Assembly (NCBI GenBank): GCA_040954595.2
Contig: CM082596.2
Location: forward strand, 4,794,181-4,858,180
DNA length: 64,000 bases
Direction: 5' to 3'
Origin: Balanoglossus misakiensis
Taxonomy: Eukaryota; Animalia; Hemichordata
The notes beneath the pieces are model-generated. The model did no database searches, had not been told where the DNA came from, and saw only the letters and a program-made list of their open reading frames with translations. Of this stretch, positions 1 to 15,000 are shown in pieces (the stretch's first letter is position 1; each line of letters starts with the position of its first letter). The translations under genes were made by a program, and so were the position numbers.

Positions 1-3000
1 TAGTCAAAATGTGCATCAGCCCAGTAGATCCTATCAGTGGTGTAATCGATCGTCATGCCATTTGGCCACCCCATCTTGTCATCTTGAATGACTACACTTC
101 GGTTCGTACCGTCCATTCCTATACGTCCAATGTGTGCATAACTGAGACTCCAGTCAGTCCAATAGAGATACCTGAAAGTAGATAGATAGTAGATAATGAT
201 AACAATGTTGCTATTTTTAATACTAAAAATGCCTTTTTTGTTCTGCTTCTGATGATAAAATGCTTGGGAACAGTCAATCCTCTATGAGAGAGACACAAAG
301 ATGTTTTTTCCAAAGCTGTTATGACCATCATACAGATGATGCAATCTGTGAAGAATTTCACGCCAGCAAAATTCTGTATTGTATGGTACAGTTCACAAAC
401 AAAATAAGGTGCCCTGAGAAGGTGAAATGCATGATCTCTTATTAAATGAACTCACCCTTTCTGTGGATACACTGCCAACGCTCGTGGTTCTGAGAGTCCA
501 GACGACACCAGGACTTTACGACTGGATCCGTCCAACTCTGCAACCTCTATCATGTCACTGGTTCTGTCCGCCCAGTAGATTTTCCTGAAATAGCCAAAAG
601 GGATAAACTGATCAAGTGTTGTCACACAGTGACATATTCTGTACTTTTGTTCTTTTCTAGGCCACTGTCATTTAATTGTTACATATTACATATTTAATTT
701 GTTTAGTTTTATAGACTGACTGTCATATATAATTAGAGTTTTTGAGTTTTGCAAACAGACTGAGTAACCAGCATTTTGAATATTTTGCTTTCAAATATAT
801 TTTCAACTAGAACTCTCTGTACCTTCCCACCCAGTCGATAGCAATGCCTTCGCCATCGGGAATATAATACTGGACAACCGTCTCCAATCCGGTGCCGTTG
901 AGGAAAACCCTCTGGATTACATGTTTCGGAACATCTGTGAAGTACAGGCGCTCCTCCTTGATGTCAAAGTCCAGCGCCACCACATTAGTCAGACCGTCCA
1001 GGATGAGGTCGTAGTTTCTCAAATCAAGCGATAACTTGCGGATGTAGTAACGGTTGCTGAAGATGAGATAGGGCCTGACATCTGAAACAAAGTGACATTG
1101 CGCATGAAATTCGATCGGGGTGTATGTTACGTAATTTAGCACATCATGTGGAGGCCAAAAAAAACAAACCACATATCATATCATTATCATATAATTATAA
1201 TAGAACTAAGAAGTAAAAGGTTAAGATTCCATCTTCCTTGAGCAATTTAGTGGAGAAAAACCATATTCATACTGAGATCTTAGGTGAACATATCTTCCTA
1301 TAGAGGTCGAAAGTGAATGGTTAGTCTTCATAATCAGACAAAGCTGCACACTTCATTGACTTCAAAAGAACTCACCACTTTGGGCTTTACATGTTCTTCC
1401 ATCTGGTTCCTTCTGGTATCCCTCCACACATTTACAGATGTATGACCCTTGGGTGTTTTCGCACTCCTGGCTACACACACTTGGTGTTTCCATACATTCA
1501 TTGATGTCTTCAGAGAAATAAAAGAAAATACCCAGTCTGTCAAAAGACAGTTGTTTCTGAAATTTCTACAAAAAACATTCGACTAAGAAGTTCCCCTGTA
1601 TATTATGACATAACTGTTGACTTGGACCATTATCATATTTCTAATATTTTTCAGCGTTCGATGATTGCCTGTCACTACACATTAGGAAAACCTGTTCTGT
1701 AGTTTAACACAATTCAATAATGAAAAAATATTTGCTCTCCATCATGCACTCTTTATGAGAATTTCACTCAGAGAGATAAGTAACAATATTGGTATTGCCA
1801 GTTTTTGGAAACACAGTTCCTATATATACATGTATACATGTACATACCCCTGCAGGCCCTTCCATCTGGCATCAGTGCGTACCCACCACGACACTCGCAG
1901 TAGAAACTGGTCGCCGTGTTCACGCACTCATGCTCACACTGATTGGAAACAACATCTGCACACTCATCAATACCACAATGTCTTTCATCTGATGAATCCA
2001 GACAGTCCGGGTTTTTGTTGCACACCAGTGAGTACTGTATACAGCTGTTGTCGTCACATTGAAATTCCCCAGGGCTGCAGGTTGGTTGCACTGTGACTGA
2101 AACCAACAAAACACACACAATTAAAATAAAATAAATACAACTGCAATTCAATGATCCAGAAATAGTATCAGTGTCGCTGGCCATCTTGTGAAATTTTAAT
2201 ATGACCACAGAAAACAGCCAAATGTGACTGATGTGTATATATTTTGCTAGGAATGATTCACCAGTAACTTACCACACAATTCATCCAACTCGTCCGATGT
2301 ATCCCTGCAGTCATTATCGCCGTCGCACACATAACGGACTGGGATACAGCGAGTGTTATGACACGTGAATTCTACACTGGGATCACATGATGGATATACT
2401 GTAACAAAAAAAAAGAAAATATCACATCAAAAATAAAATATGAGTATTAGGAAGGAACCAAGGGGTGAAAGGGTTAAAAAACTTAAACACTGAGGATTAG
2501 TAACTGTGTGTAATCCTTACCACAGGACCTTGGTTCATCGGAGTTATCACCACAGTCGTTGTCATGGTCACAGTAATAATCCGCTCGGATACAGAGCCCA
2601 TTGTCGCAGGTGAACTCGCCCTGATCACAAGTACGACGATCTGCAAGATATATGTACGCAATGTAAATTTGAAAATCAAGTTCGTACATTTTCAGTAATA
2701 TTTGATATATGAGCCATGTTTAGCACATGACTATAAAAGAAATATGAAGCATAATTGAAATCCAATAATATCATCTACTAACTACAGTGCATTTCATCTT
2801 CTGCATCACCACAATCTGCTTCTCCATCACAGACCCACGACTGTGGAATGCAGCGCCGTCTCCCAGCAAGAGCTTGGGTGCACGTAAAATAGTTTGGTGA
2901 GCAGCTTCTCTCCACTGCAATCAAGGAACAAAAACATGTCAAATCAACAAACCAGACATCAACATACCAGACAAATGACGGATGCCTTTAGTACGTGTTG

Positions 3001-6000
3001 GATGTCCGATATAATGTTATTTCTCCGCACTCCAGTGGCCATCCAGGAATAGACAATGTCAACATTAAAAACACAGCCCAGCTGTTAATTTTGCCCACTA
3101 GAGGAACAGTTACACCAATTACTTCACATGCCAACTTACTGCAGTTGTGTCGGTCATCTTCATCTGATCCATCACCACAGTCATTGTCAGAGTCGCAGAT
3201 CCATGCATCAGGTACACAGCGTCCATTATCACAGGTGAACTGAGTTCCGTAACAGGTAAAATTATCGTGACCTGCAGAAGTTCAAGAAAGTTCAGAAAAA
3301 AAATCAAGCTCAATGAAATAATCCATTGAACACACTGAGGCAGATTAGTGCCACCCCAGTACAAGCAAGAAAAATCAACTTCCCAAAACCATCACTAAAC
3401 AACTCTTTGTCTTGAAATAAACTTAGCCTACTTCTGGTTTCTTGAAATCTCCGAACTTACCACAATAGCTCGGCTCATCTGAAAAATCACCGCAGTCGTT
3501 ATCGCCATCACAGTGCCAGTACGCAGGAAGACATCGACCGGTGTTCTCACATCGGAAATCCCCACTGTCGCACGGTTCTGCCACTACAGGAGATGGAATG
3601 AAACAAATCATGAATGATACACCCCCACTGCGGAAATGGTAGTGTCAGAGTCTGTGGGGGCTACTAAGGGGTCTGTTTTCACTCATCCTAAACACTGTGT
3701 TGTAATACAGAGTGGGGGGGGGGGGGGGGGGGGGGCAAACCCCCCAAAATATAAAAGCCTAGTACACTTACAGCAGAATGTGGAGTCTTCATCAGACATA
3801 TCGCCACAGTCATTGTCTCCATCACAGAGATAACGGCGTGGAATACACACGCTTGTTGAGCGACAAGGATGTTGGCCAGGCGGACAGGTGCGTTCAGCTG
3901 TACACGAAAAAAAAAAAAAAAAAAAAAAAAATACAAGAAAAATTATATATTAATTATATCGACAAATTACCGGTTAGTCTATATTGTTAATAGACCTCTG
4001 AGAACTACTTGATTTGAAATGGTAAATTTGAGAATTATTTCACCGAAAAATTCAAAGTTCGTAGATCATACCAAAGTATGTGTAAATACAGGGGTGAGTA
4101 GGATGAAGACCTATGGCAGCTACTGCTACGAGGGACATAAATAGAATACAAGCAAAATGTACATTCAGCAGAGGTGGGTAGTTTTCATTCGTATTAGCAG
4201 GGGTGTCCACTAGTAAACTCCCTGGGTAAATCCACTCTACGATAAATAGTGTACAGCACAATTTTGACAAACGCCACACGTAAAATGTGAGTAGGTAACA
4301 ATCTGCAAACATGCAATCTACCATAATTTGCATATTAAGTCATCACACCTGGGTAATAATTAGGGATTGAGGCAGGATCACTTTTTATATTCAAACCACA
4401 TATCTTGGAAGGCTAAAACAAGAATATCTTGAAAACTACAGTATCACTACCTATTACTTATGATGTACTCAAAGAGGGTTTTAAACTGTTGTTTTTTTTA
4501 AATTGGATGATGAAATAACCCTGAATAGATTACAAGCAAGAAGCACTTTTGTTCAATTTTTTACACATTTTCTGCTGTGAGGCTTTGCTTTAAACCCAGT
4601 GCAACCCTAATTTTCTCTTGACAATTACATTCAACACACATAAAGAAGTCTGTATAGAATTCAACAGAACTGATTTGATGGTTTTCTCATGATCTGAGTA
4701 TCTGATGTTAATTATAAACTTTGTGACAAGCATTGGGTAAATTGGTGACATTCTCGCATATTCAAGGATTAGATGAAACGAAACATATCAAGGTGTAGAA
4801 GAAATGGCCAGTATTCAAAACATGCACTACCAATGGTGTTATTCCATGCAAATATCTGCACTTACTATCTTCAATATCTCTCTTTACTAATGAAACAATG
4901 GGGTAGGGTACCTTGACTTAAGGATTTGGAAAAAAGGGAAGAAGAAGAAGAATAAAAGAGAAAATGCATTACTTTGAAATCTCCAGAAAAAAATTAACCG
5001 CACTGTCGTGACACAGCAGCATGGAACATTTAAAATCTCATTTACACTATTTTTTCATACACTATGAATTTTATTGATGGATAAGTTAATACTTACTATT
5101 CGATGATGTGTAAATTTTACAGTAGGAATTGTGCAGTTTTGTTGGAATATCAAGGGATGTGTATGTGTGTGTGTGGTCTATGTATCTGTTCAATACTATC
5201 ATAATCTAGCTGAACTGGGCTCAGCTGCATACTGTTAAATTTGATGCTTCTTGCCTGTCGCCATTCAAGTGGATTGACCACTCCACCCCTGGTTTCTTGC
5301 ATAATGGAATAACCCTGTCATTTTCCATGCAAAGTGAGGAACTGTGAAGGGGTGTGAATGGGGGTGGAGGGTTCCATTACTGCGTTTTCGACATCAATAT
5401 TCAATTGCATGATGGGAAATAAGAAGACAATTTGAAATTGGCACATCAAAGTTTTGTAAGGAAGAAACCCTGAGACGTTTTGTAATGTACTTACGGCAGT
5501 TGCGTTCGTCAGATAATAAGCCATCTCTGCAGTCGTCTCTCTGGTCGCACACTTGTTCCCTGGGAATGCACCGACCATTAGCACAGGTGAACTCGGTGTC
5601 CGGAGTACAGGTTGGAAACGCTGGAAAAAAACACGGTGATATTATATTTTCGGACTTTCCACTCATGTTCAATGTATGTGCAATGGTGTGGTTCATCCAA
5701 TCCACTTGGAAGGGGCTCAGACAATGAGAAACACTTACGACAATCTCTCTCATCGCTGTGATCCCGGCAATCATTGTCAAAGTCGCATCGCCACCTCACG
5801 TCAATACATCTGCCGTTGTCGCACGCAAACTGGGTCGGACTGCAAGTATGGTCAACTGAAATGGAATTGTATTTCTGGTAACAATATTACAGTGATGTAG
5901 ATAATATCTGGTCATCTGGTCGAAATGCTTGCCTGAACTCAGAATGTTGCCAGCTAAGACTTGTCACTAAACCACATGGAATCAATCAACATACAAAGAT

Positions 6001-9000
6001 GGTGGCCAGATCAAATAGCACAAACAAACACGTTTCCACAACCAAGACACATTGTAACTTACAGCACAGATTTGCGGCTTCATCAGAGTTGTCATCACAG
6101 TCGTTGTCGATATCACACATCCATCTCATGGGAATGCAATTCTTATTGGCACACACAAACATGTCGGTCAAACAGTCTGCGTCCTCGGCTGGAAGAAAAA
6201 CAAAGTTAGTCATTATGATTCATAACAGAGGATGGTATACATAAAGATGGTCCTTCTCATCCACCATCACTTCCCAATGTCTCAAACTGACTTTGTGCGA
6301 CACTTATATACAGTTGACAATACCAAGGTTTAGGCTGAGAAAGATCTTATCCATGTAACTGTGTATTTGCATGTTGCTTTCACAGATATTTCAGCTAACA
6401 GACTTGGTCCACTCCGATAAGTATTAACATTCAGTAACTACCAGTAGTTTCTTTTTATCAGGTCTTGTCACTTACGGACACACATCCTGTTATTATTTGC
6501 CAACTTCAAACCGCTGTTATCGGGACATTTGCATTCAGCTCCACCATTCACACTGGGAACGCACACAGCACCGTTGCTGCAACCACCGTTGTACACACTG
6601 CATGCAGACGAGTTGCCTAAGATTTAAAAAAAAGGCAAGGCATCAGTAAATACCTTGAAAATTAAATAAGAAGACAAGATTATGAAGTTGTCCAAATGAC
6701 ATACAGGCCACTGGGGGAAAAAAAACATCACCAAACTCACATTTCTGCCTGTCGGCACTGAAAGCCACCATGTCGTAACCAATATAGATCATCTGGTCGA
6801 CGAGCGTAGTCTCCCCGGCCCCAGTATGCTTCTCAGCTTTAGTAATTGACGCTGTGCTGGCTTCGGCCCAGTATATGTAATTGCCATACACGGTGAGTCC
6901 CATTGGCTCGATGGCTACTTGAACTATGACCTCTCGGTTGGTCCCATCAGACCTTGCTCTTTCTATCCTTTGGCTGTAGAATTGACAAGACATGGTAATG
7001 ATAAATACAAACTTTAAAGGTACACGGTCACATCCACATGTTTATTCAGATACCCATTGCAAGAGTACACGATTATCGTAGTATGCGCACATGGGTATTA
7101 GACACTCTACAAATTCAAAATGGTGTCGTCTGTTGAGATAAGGAGAAGGTTGGCAAATATTATCGATCACAATGTGATAAAAAGTGGCAGCTATTGGAGC
7201 TTTAATACAAAAAATATTCACTTACAATGTCCTATCACTCCAATAGATCATATCTTCATCGTAGTCCATGGTCAACGAAACTATAACGTCAACATCAGTG
7301 GAGATGATACTTTCTCGGAAATTTCCAGACATCGTTGCCTTCTCAATGGCTGTTGCAATATTCTGGCTCCAAAACACTCTTCTGTAGACGCAGAGAAAAA
7401 TGTAGCATCAAGGACACTGTGCTCCCGTTTGATAAGAATTGCAAGTGTGGCATACATCAGTTATATTTGGATTCACCTACACTTTCATCAAAACAACTTA
7501 CCCCTTACACGGATCAACCACAATGTCACCGAAGCTATAGCTTGATGTTGCAACGACGATGGCCTCTGTCCCATCAGCATTCATGGAAACAATTGTGTTA
7601 CCGTTGGAAATCACATACAGCTTCTTGTGGACCCAGTCGAATGATATGGCAGAAATGTGGTGAATCAACTCTGAAACAGAAAGAGTGCATGTTATGATCA
7701 AAAAACTGTCATATTGCTGCTATTCACACACTGCACAATAGACCATTCTGTAACTCCACAAGACCTTATGAGATCTCGCAAGGCTTATAGGCATGCAGTA
7801 TATATGGGAGCAAGGGCATTCACATGTAACACAGGAAAAAAAAAACACATGGCTCATTGTATTACACGGCAAATAAATTCTGCACCGATTCTAGTTTCAT
7901 ACTGAACTGACTTGTATAACTTGGCAAGCAGCCTGTTGCTACTTACTGTAATTTATCAAGTCTCGCAAATCTCACAATGAGCAGAAAATTAATGTACAGA
8001 CACTACTAGCCTACCTGTGCTTGGTATGTCAACTCGAACATCGGGTCTGTCCAGAGACACGTAGGCAACAGACGCTGTATCAATGTCGTTGAAGTAAACC
8101 CTGTTCTCATTGTAATCAAAATCCAGGGAAGTCGCCCCGTTCAGTTCCGTGATTGGCGGAATCGGTCGGGCCTGATTCGATTCATTGAAGTGCAGGCTCA
8201 TGATGCGATACCACCTCGCAAACAGCAGAAAGTCGTCAACATCTGAAAAAAGAATTATGGTCGGCACATGAAATTTACATGCTGACTTGGATATGCGAAA
8301 AAAAATATTCCCATGGTGTGCAATAAAACAGCAAGATCACTGTTCATCTGTCACCGTGTCTCAATCACTGGATATAATTTACCTCCACAGGTCACGCCAT
8401 CGCTCTGTAGTTTACCAGTAGCGCAGGCACAGTAATGTGCACCATCCGGTTTGCCGAAACACAACTGTTGGCAGCCACCGTTACGTACATAACATCCACT
8501 GTGGCTCTGCTCACCTGAAAATTATCCAAAGCAAAGATTTTCTGGTAGGTGAAAAATTGCAAAGTTTAGAATAAAAATACTGAGAAAACAGGTTACGGTT
8601 GGTGGACTTTCATCCAGCTCAAGCACATTGGGAGACCAGATTAAAGAAGCAATACCTATTGGTTGGATGGCTGCATCATATATAGCTATGTCTCGCAAGT
8701 TTTCCAGGTTGATTTTTATCGGATACGGCTGGTCCCTTGTGGCGCTACTTTTACTTGCCCGGTAGACAGTCTTCATTGTTCTATCCACCCAGAAAAGGTT
8801 GCTCCCAAATATGGCCAGACCATATGGGTTGGGAAGATCTGCACGGACATGTTCTCGACCTTGACCATCCCATGATATCTTCTGCATGGATACAAATAAC
8901 AACAACATAGTAAGAAAAGAATTGTCTTGTCCCAAGATTTATTAGAAGCACTGTTTAAAATTATTCACGGAAAGCCTTCAGAGAAAATTATAGTGATCCA

Positions 9001-12000
9001 TTGATGTAAAAACATGTTTGTTTCAAGTTTATCATTCGGCCCTTTGACCCTTCATTTCAGAGCTGTGTCATTCCTAGTATACAACTACTTGCTGTGCCTC
9101 ACTCAGCCTGTTGTTAATCGACCATTCTCAATCCCACAAGACCCAGCGATATCTAGAAAGGCCAGGTACTCTATAAGGGAAGATATTCTCACACGACACA
9201 GGACAAACAACTATTTCTATCATGTACCTGGATGGAATCAATTTCAGTGTCCGTCCAAAACACGTTATGGGTGAGGTAATCCACACAAATATCCCTGGGC
9301 ATGGTGATGGCGGTATCCACTAGCACTTTTCGATTTTGGCCGTCTAAATCTGACCGTTCTATCTTTGGATTCTGCCCGTAGTCACACCAGTACAAGTACC
9401 TGTTCAAATAAATGCGACATGACATTTAAGCCTTTCGTCCCCCATTTCCCTCTGTAGAGGTCCATCTTTACCTCAGAAAACAAAGGGTATGGACCAAACC
9501 ATGGTGGTGACAGGGTAAATAGCAATTAAATCACTGGAGAAACAAAATGCCACTACATGTACTTAAGAATGGCTGCACCAATTGGTTTTTATATAAATTG
9601 TAATGAGTGGAATTATACATAAAGAAATGACAAACACCAGTTATGAGAAAATAATAATCTTGTACCAACGTGTTCTGTGACTTACTTCTTTGCCGGGTTC
9701 ACAGCAATTGCCCTGGGGAGGTCTTCCTCTGTTCTCAGCAGAATCAATCTGTCAGACCCGTCAAGTCGGCTGACCTCTATGTACGTCTCATACCGGTACG
9801 CGTTGGTAAAATACAGATTCTCTGAAGCAAAATATGAGGGGGAGAAGTTAAGACCCAAAATGCATGCAAACTTGGACAATTCTAGCATCAGAAGACATTG
9901 GCTGATGATGATCATGATACACGTTTTCAAGATTCAGACTCTGTTTGAGACTTCTAAGAAATTGCCAATAGATGACACCACTCACGTGCAATCCAGTCCA
10001 CAGCAATGCCCCTTATTCCATAAACTCCGACTCCAGTGGAAATCACCTTTTCCAGACCACTGCCGTCTGGTTTGATTCTCCGGAGATCGTATCCTTCCCT
10101 TGCCCCGCCCACATCACAGAAATATATGTACTGTCCTTCCATGTGCACATCCACGTGTAGGGCAAAAAGATCTGAGAAAACAGAAACACATTTGTACAGA
10201 CGGCTCAGATAAAGAACTCAATGGATGTCACGTATGGAGCACATTAAATCTCTCTCATTGTCTCAAATTTGAAATTCAAAATGGCCGCCACCCTCTGGGT
10301 TCATAAACTACAGAGAAAATATCTCGGCCATTTTATGTACTGACAGAAAGTAGATTACATAAATTAAAAACATTACCTGTGCCTCCAACAGGAACCATCG
10401 CCTCTTCAAATGGTAAATCAAGAGTAAAACCTCGAATGACCGACAATTGAGATATTACAGCAAATGACGTGTGATCTGTATAGACAAATATCACATATTG
10501 CCATAAATTTAAGATTATCAATAAATAAATATGGTGACACTCAGCAAACACTATCTCTCGTCATGACGTATGGACACATTAGGAAAATAGCATTGTCAAA
10601 GAGAAATTCCGATAAATGTGCTGACAACTACATGGTATCATATAAGGTGTACACGCTCTCACTAAAACATTCAGTCTATAGACACCTAGCATTCCATAGC
10701 CAGTGGAATTTTTATTGGCACTTATAGAATTTCCATGTACGTCTATGGAAGTAGTTTTGACCACATTTCTAATTATATTGAATTTTAGAGAAAATGGTAA
10801 AATCTATAGAATTCTGTAGAATCCTATAGAATGTTTTATAAGGGCGAAATATTGCCACTCATATATTAACAAGTTGGACTCACTTCTACATGACTGTCCA
10901 TCCTCTTCCAACTCGAAACCAATGGAGCACTTGCATGCCTTGGTGCGAGGTCCCGTGGGCAGACACAAGTGTTCACACCCGCCGTTGTTGTCTGCGCATG
11001 CATTTCTTGTTGTTGGGTCGCGCCAGTACACTTTCAGTGCGCCCACTTTATCGACATTGGTCTTCATCCTCTCAGCCACAGAATCTGATTTCCTCATTCG
11101 AAATATGGTTTCTAAACGCTCGTCTAGCGACAGGAGAAATGTATAAATATAACAAGAATTAGTAATGACTATGATGAATGAAAACAGGGCCATGCACTGA
11201 GCTTGCTTGGATATTTGCTTCTTTATCAGATCTTACTATTGCAACACACCAAAGAAAAACAACCTACTGCCTTTGCATGGCTACACAATAGCATACAAAC
11301 TACAGAGAACTCCTGCAAAAACTTCACACAATCTCGTGGTTTAACCCTTTTACCACCATGGTTCAGTCCAAACCTATTGTTTTGTATGGTAAGGTTGGAC
11401 CTCTAAAGAGGGAACTGGGGTGGAAGGGTGAATAATAGCCAACCAGAAAGGTATTTATTTTTCATCATATACCTGAATAATACAAGTATTCTGCATGCAC
11501 AGCCAGTCCTCTTATACCAGATGCACGAAATACTATACTTCGCCGACTTGAACCATCTGTTGAACTTTGGTTGAGCTGGAGAGGAGTGAAAAAACCTGAA
11601 ATGTACTTGTATTCTAATACTAACATAGCATTACAGAACTGGTGTTGTTTCTCTCCCCATACTTTGTTTGATTCCTGTAGTGCAGTATAAGGTGTTCAGA
11701 CACGGCCTATTAAGATAGTTCTGAAACGCTCAAGGTTGGGAAACTGCCAGAAAAAGTTATGTCTGAACAACGCAACAAGTGCTGACATATATACAAAAAA
11801 CATTCTATAGATATCTTTTCTCACAATATGATCCATCTCCATATCTTGGACAGATGAAGTTATCTTTGATCTCTCAATGTCCTTACCGTTTGTCGAACAC
11901 TGTCTGTCCAGTACAGTTTCTGTTCCTGGATGTCAACAGCCATAAATTCCACTTTTCCAAGATCAGCACTGACGATTGTCTCGACGTTGCTGCCATCCAT

Positions 12001-15000
12001 GGATGCCTTTTTGATTTCCAACGGTGCCGAGCTTGCCCAGTAAATCTTTCTGTGGATGAAAATTAAACCTCACTAAACAAAACAATGCAGCAAAACGATT
12101 TGTTAAACCACCAGGACTTAATCAGTGGATTTCTGCACTGACTTCTGTAAAACTGGAAATTTTTCGCGAGCATCGCAAGACCAGAAGAATGTAAAATTAA
12201 ATAGTTGTGAATTTTCACAATGCAGTTTGGGAAATAAGAGAACACGAAAATATGAAACATGGATTGTCAATAGGTGTGTCCTTCAGTAAAGGATGAGAAA
12301 TGAGTTTCTTTGCTGAGCCTATACTCACCCGTTGGCAGGATCCACACACAAACTACCAGGGGTTCCAACACTCTGGTCAGTGATAGTATTACTGAGGATG
12401 ACACCCCTATAATGAGCATCACCGTCTAATTTCATGACCTGTCAATCAGAAGATTTGGCAACCAAATAATAATAATAATAACAACAGCAGCAATCATTGA
12501 TCTTATGTACCCATTCGCGTCTTTTTCAATCAAAATGTTTTGTAAACTGCAAAGATATATAAAGAAATGTGGCATCAGATGTTTCGTGCACTCAAATTTT
12601 ACTCCAGGCCTGCACCACACTGACACTTGAAGACAGACTAGAGAAAGATGGTTGTACCTCTATGGTTTGTTTGTTTGCATTACTCCAGTAGATATTCCTG
12701 GACACCCAATCGATGGCAATGGCCACGGGCGCACCTGCATTTGCTGCAGGCACAAACTGTTCTCTGTCTGAGCCGTTCAGATGAACTCTGTAAATTTCAC
12801 CCTGGGAAAGAAACAATGCACAAGATAAGTCTTTAATATCTAGCAGACATAATCAAAAGTGGCATTTCTGTTCACTACTACAGAGAATTAGCCATTTTCA
12901 TGACCTTGACATGACCTCACATTGCATATGTCAACTCGGTGCACTGTGACTCACCGTATCTGCATTCCCATCTTCGTTCTGCACCCAGTAGATGTAGTTC
13001 TGCTCAGTGTCGATGTCAAGGTCGTGGCCGTCCTGCAGGTTTGTGATGGGCACCAGAACATTCATGTCTTGTTGATCCGGATCCAGATGCATTCCATTGA
13101 TCTGATCGTCCTGCATGTACAACAAGAAAGCCTCCGAAACTGTGTGAGAAAAAAAATAATTCTGCAGTTATTAAAGTACATCATGTAATACCAGGTTCAC
13201 ATAGGGTAAAATTTGAGACACTATTTGACTAAGGTAAACACAGAGCATTAGCAAACACCCAGCATCGACTGTGTGGAAGACCACATGAAAGTAACTAACA
13301 CAGTGGAAATAAGAAATAAATTACAAATGGGGTCTTGACGGCACCACTCCAAACAATATAGTGAACAGGATTTAAGAAACCTCACTCACCTAGTTCACAA
13401 CTGAAACCGTCTGAACTCAGACTGTACCCTTGGCTGCAAAGACAGGAAAAGCCCAGAGAATTCCGAGACAGGACACAGATATGCGCACACCTGCTGTTTT
13501 CGCACGGATTGGGAGCTGCAGCAGTAGAAGAAAGTTGAGTGTAGAATGCAAATGACAAACGTGTAGTGTTGTTTAATTGATATTTAACGTCAGGTTTTCA
13601 TAAACCGGCATCCAATTCCCTTGTCTGTGAGTACGGCCATTGAGAAACAAGGAATGTGTAATGAATTTGTGTAGTTAAAATTGTTATGGCCAAGTTTGGT
13701 TTTTATACACACAATATCACGAGTCTGTCTTCAGCTACAAGGGCAGACAAATCATAAGCCTTACCTGAGGGTTGCTTGATCGGATGGTAGATATGCATAT
13801 CTGCTGGGCGGGTCAGACCACTGACAATGCTACTGCGGTTCTGTCCTGTGAATTTGTGCACACGCAGCACCTCGCTGGCAAATCTGTCCGTCCAGTAGAC
13901 AAAATCTTCAAAGACGCTCAAGGCATGGAGATGCTGGACGAACTGTTGAAAAATAAAAATGCAATGAGGGTTATTACTTGAATTGCCATGTACGGTCGGG
14001 CCGGTAGTCACTGTCAGAAACACTAATTACTACCATCATGAACTAGATTTGATCAACACTTTAGCAGCCAATACTGTGCCAATTAACCAGAGCTGGACAA
14101 AACTTACCATCGGACTGACCAAGAGTTGCTGCCTGTTGCTACCATCGTAGTCACAGAAATCAATGTAATCAAGCCGGCCGTCGCCGAAATAAATCCTTTT
14201 GTTCGGCAGATCCAGCCCCAACCCGTTCGGCCAGTAGACCTTGTCGCTAACGACGACCATCCGGTTGTTGCCATCCATGTCAGCTCTCTCCACGCGCGGG
14301 TACTGACCCCAGTCCGTCCAGAACATCAGTCGCTGGCTGAAGAAGTACAATAAAATACAGTATTATACATCTTGAATCAATGACAGTAAACCTTACCATA
14401 GGACTGAACCACAGTGGTGAAAGGGTTAAACTGAAAGAAGATGACGTCATCACTTACTCTTCTCTTGGGTCTAATGCTAACCCTCTGCCATAGGTGATGT
14501 TGGTTGAAACCAGAACGGTGCGTTGAGAGCCGTCCAACTTGGCCACTTCGATTGTTTCCAGCATGTAGTCTATCCAGTACAGGTTACGACCGATCCAATC
14601 CACTGCCAGGTTTTGTGTCACATCAAGACCGTTCTCAATGACCTGAAGGAGGGGTGGAGTACTCGAGACTCAAACACTGTGAAGATCTTTAATTCCCCCC
14701 CCCCCACACATAACATTTGAACGCTCCCTGTGTTCACACAGCCTTGTATGATAGTTTGGTCATTTTGCCCACTTGCATTTGTACACATTGGTAAATGCAT
14801 ATTCTCATTAGCTTGGCTATTTGCACATGTAACAAATTACTTATAATTTATAACACAAAATTGCAGTTAATACAACAAAACAAAAAGCAACCAAAAGTTA
14901 TACAGCTATAATGAATGGTTCAAACCCATTGTTTCCCCTACATCAAAGTCAAACCTTAACCCTTTCACCCCAATTCTCTCTCTAGAGGTTCAACTTTGCC

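Noticed and set aside
7386-7500. U12-type intron suggested by the TCCTTGAY branch-like motif
   Set aside because: The donor is GTAAGT, not GTATCCTT/ATATCCTT; the same holds for the intron at 15886-16150.
10720-10835. Palindromic CTATAGAATTCTATAG-like motifs (also ~11800 and ~15665-15720)
   Set aside because: Probably fragments of a dispersed AT-rich repeat; too short and degenerate to define an element or RNA structure.
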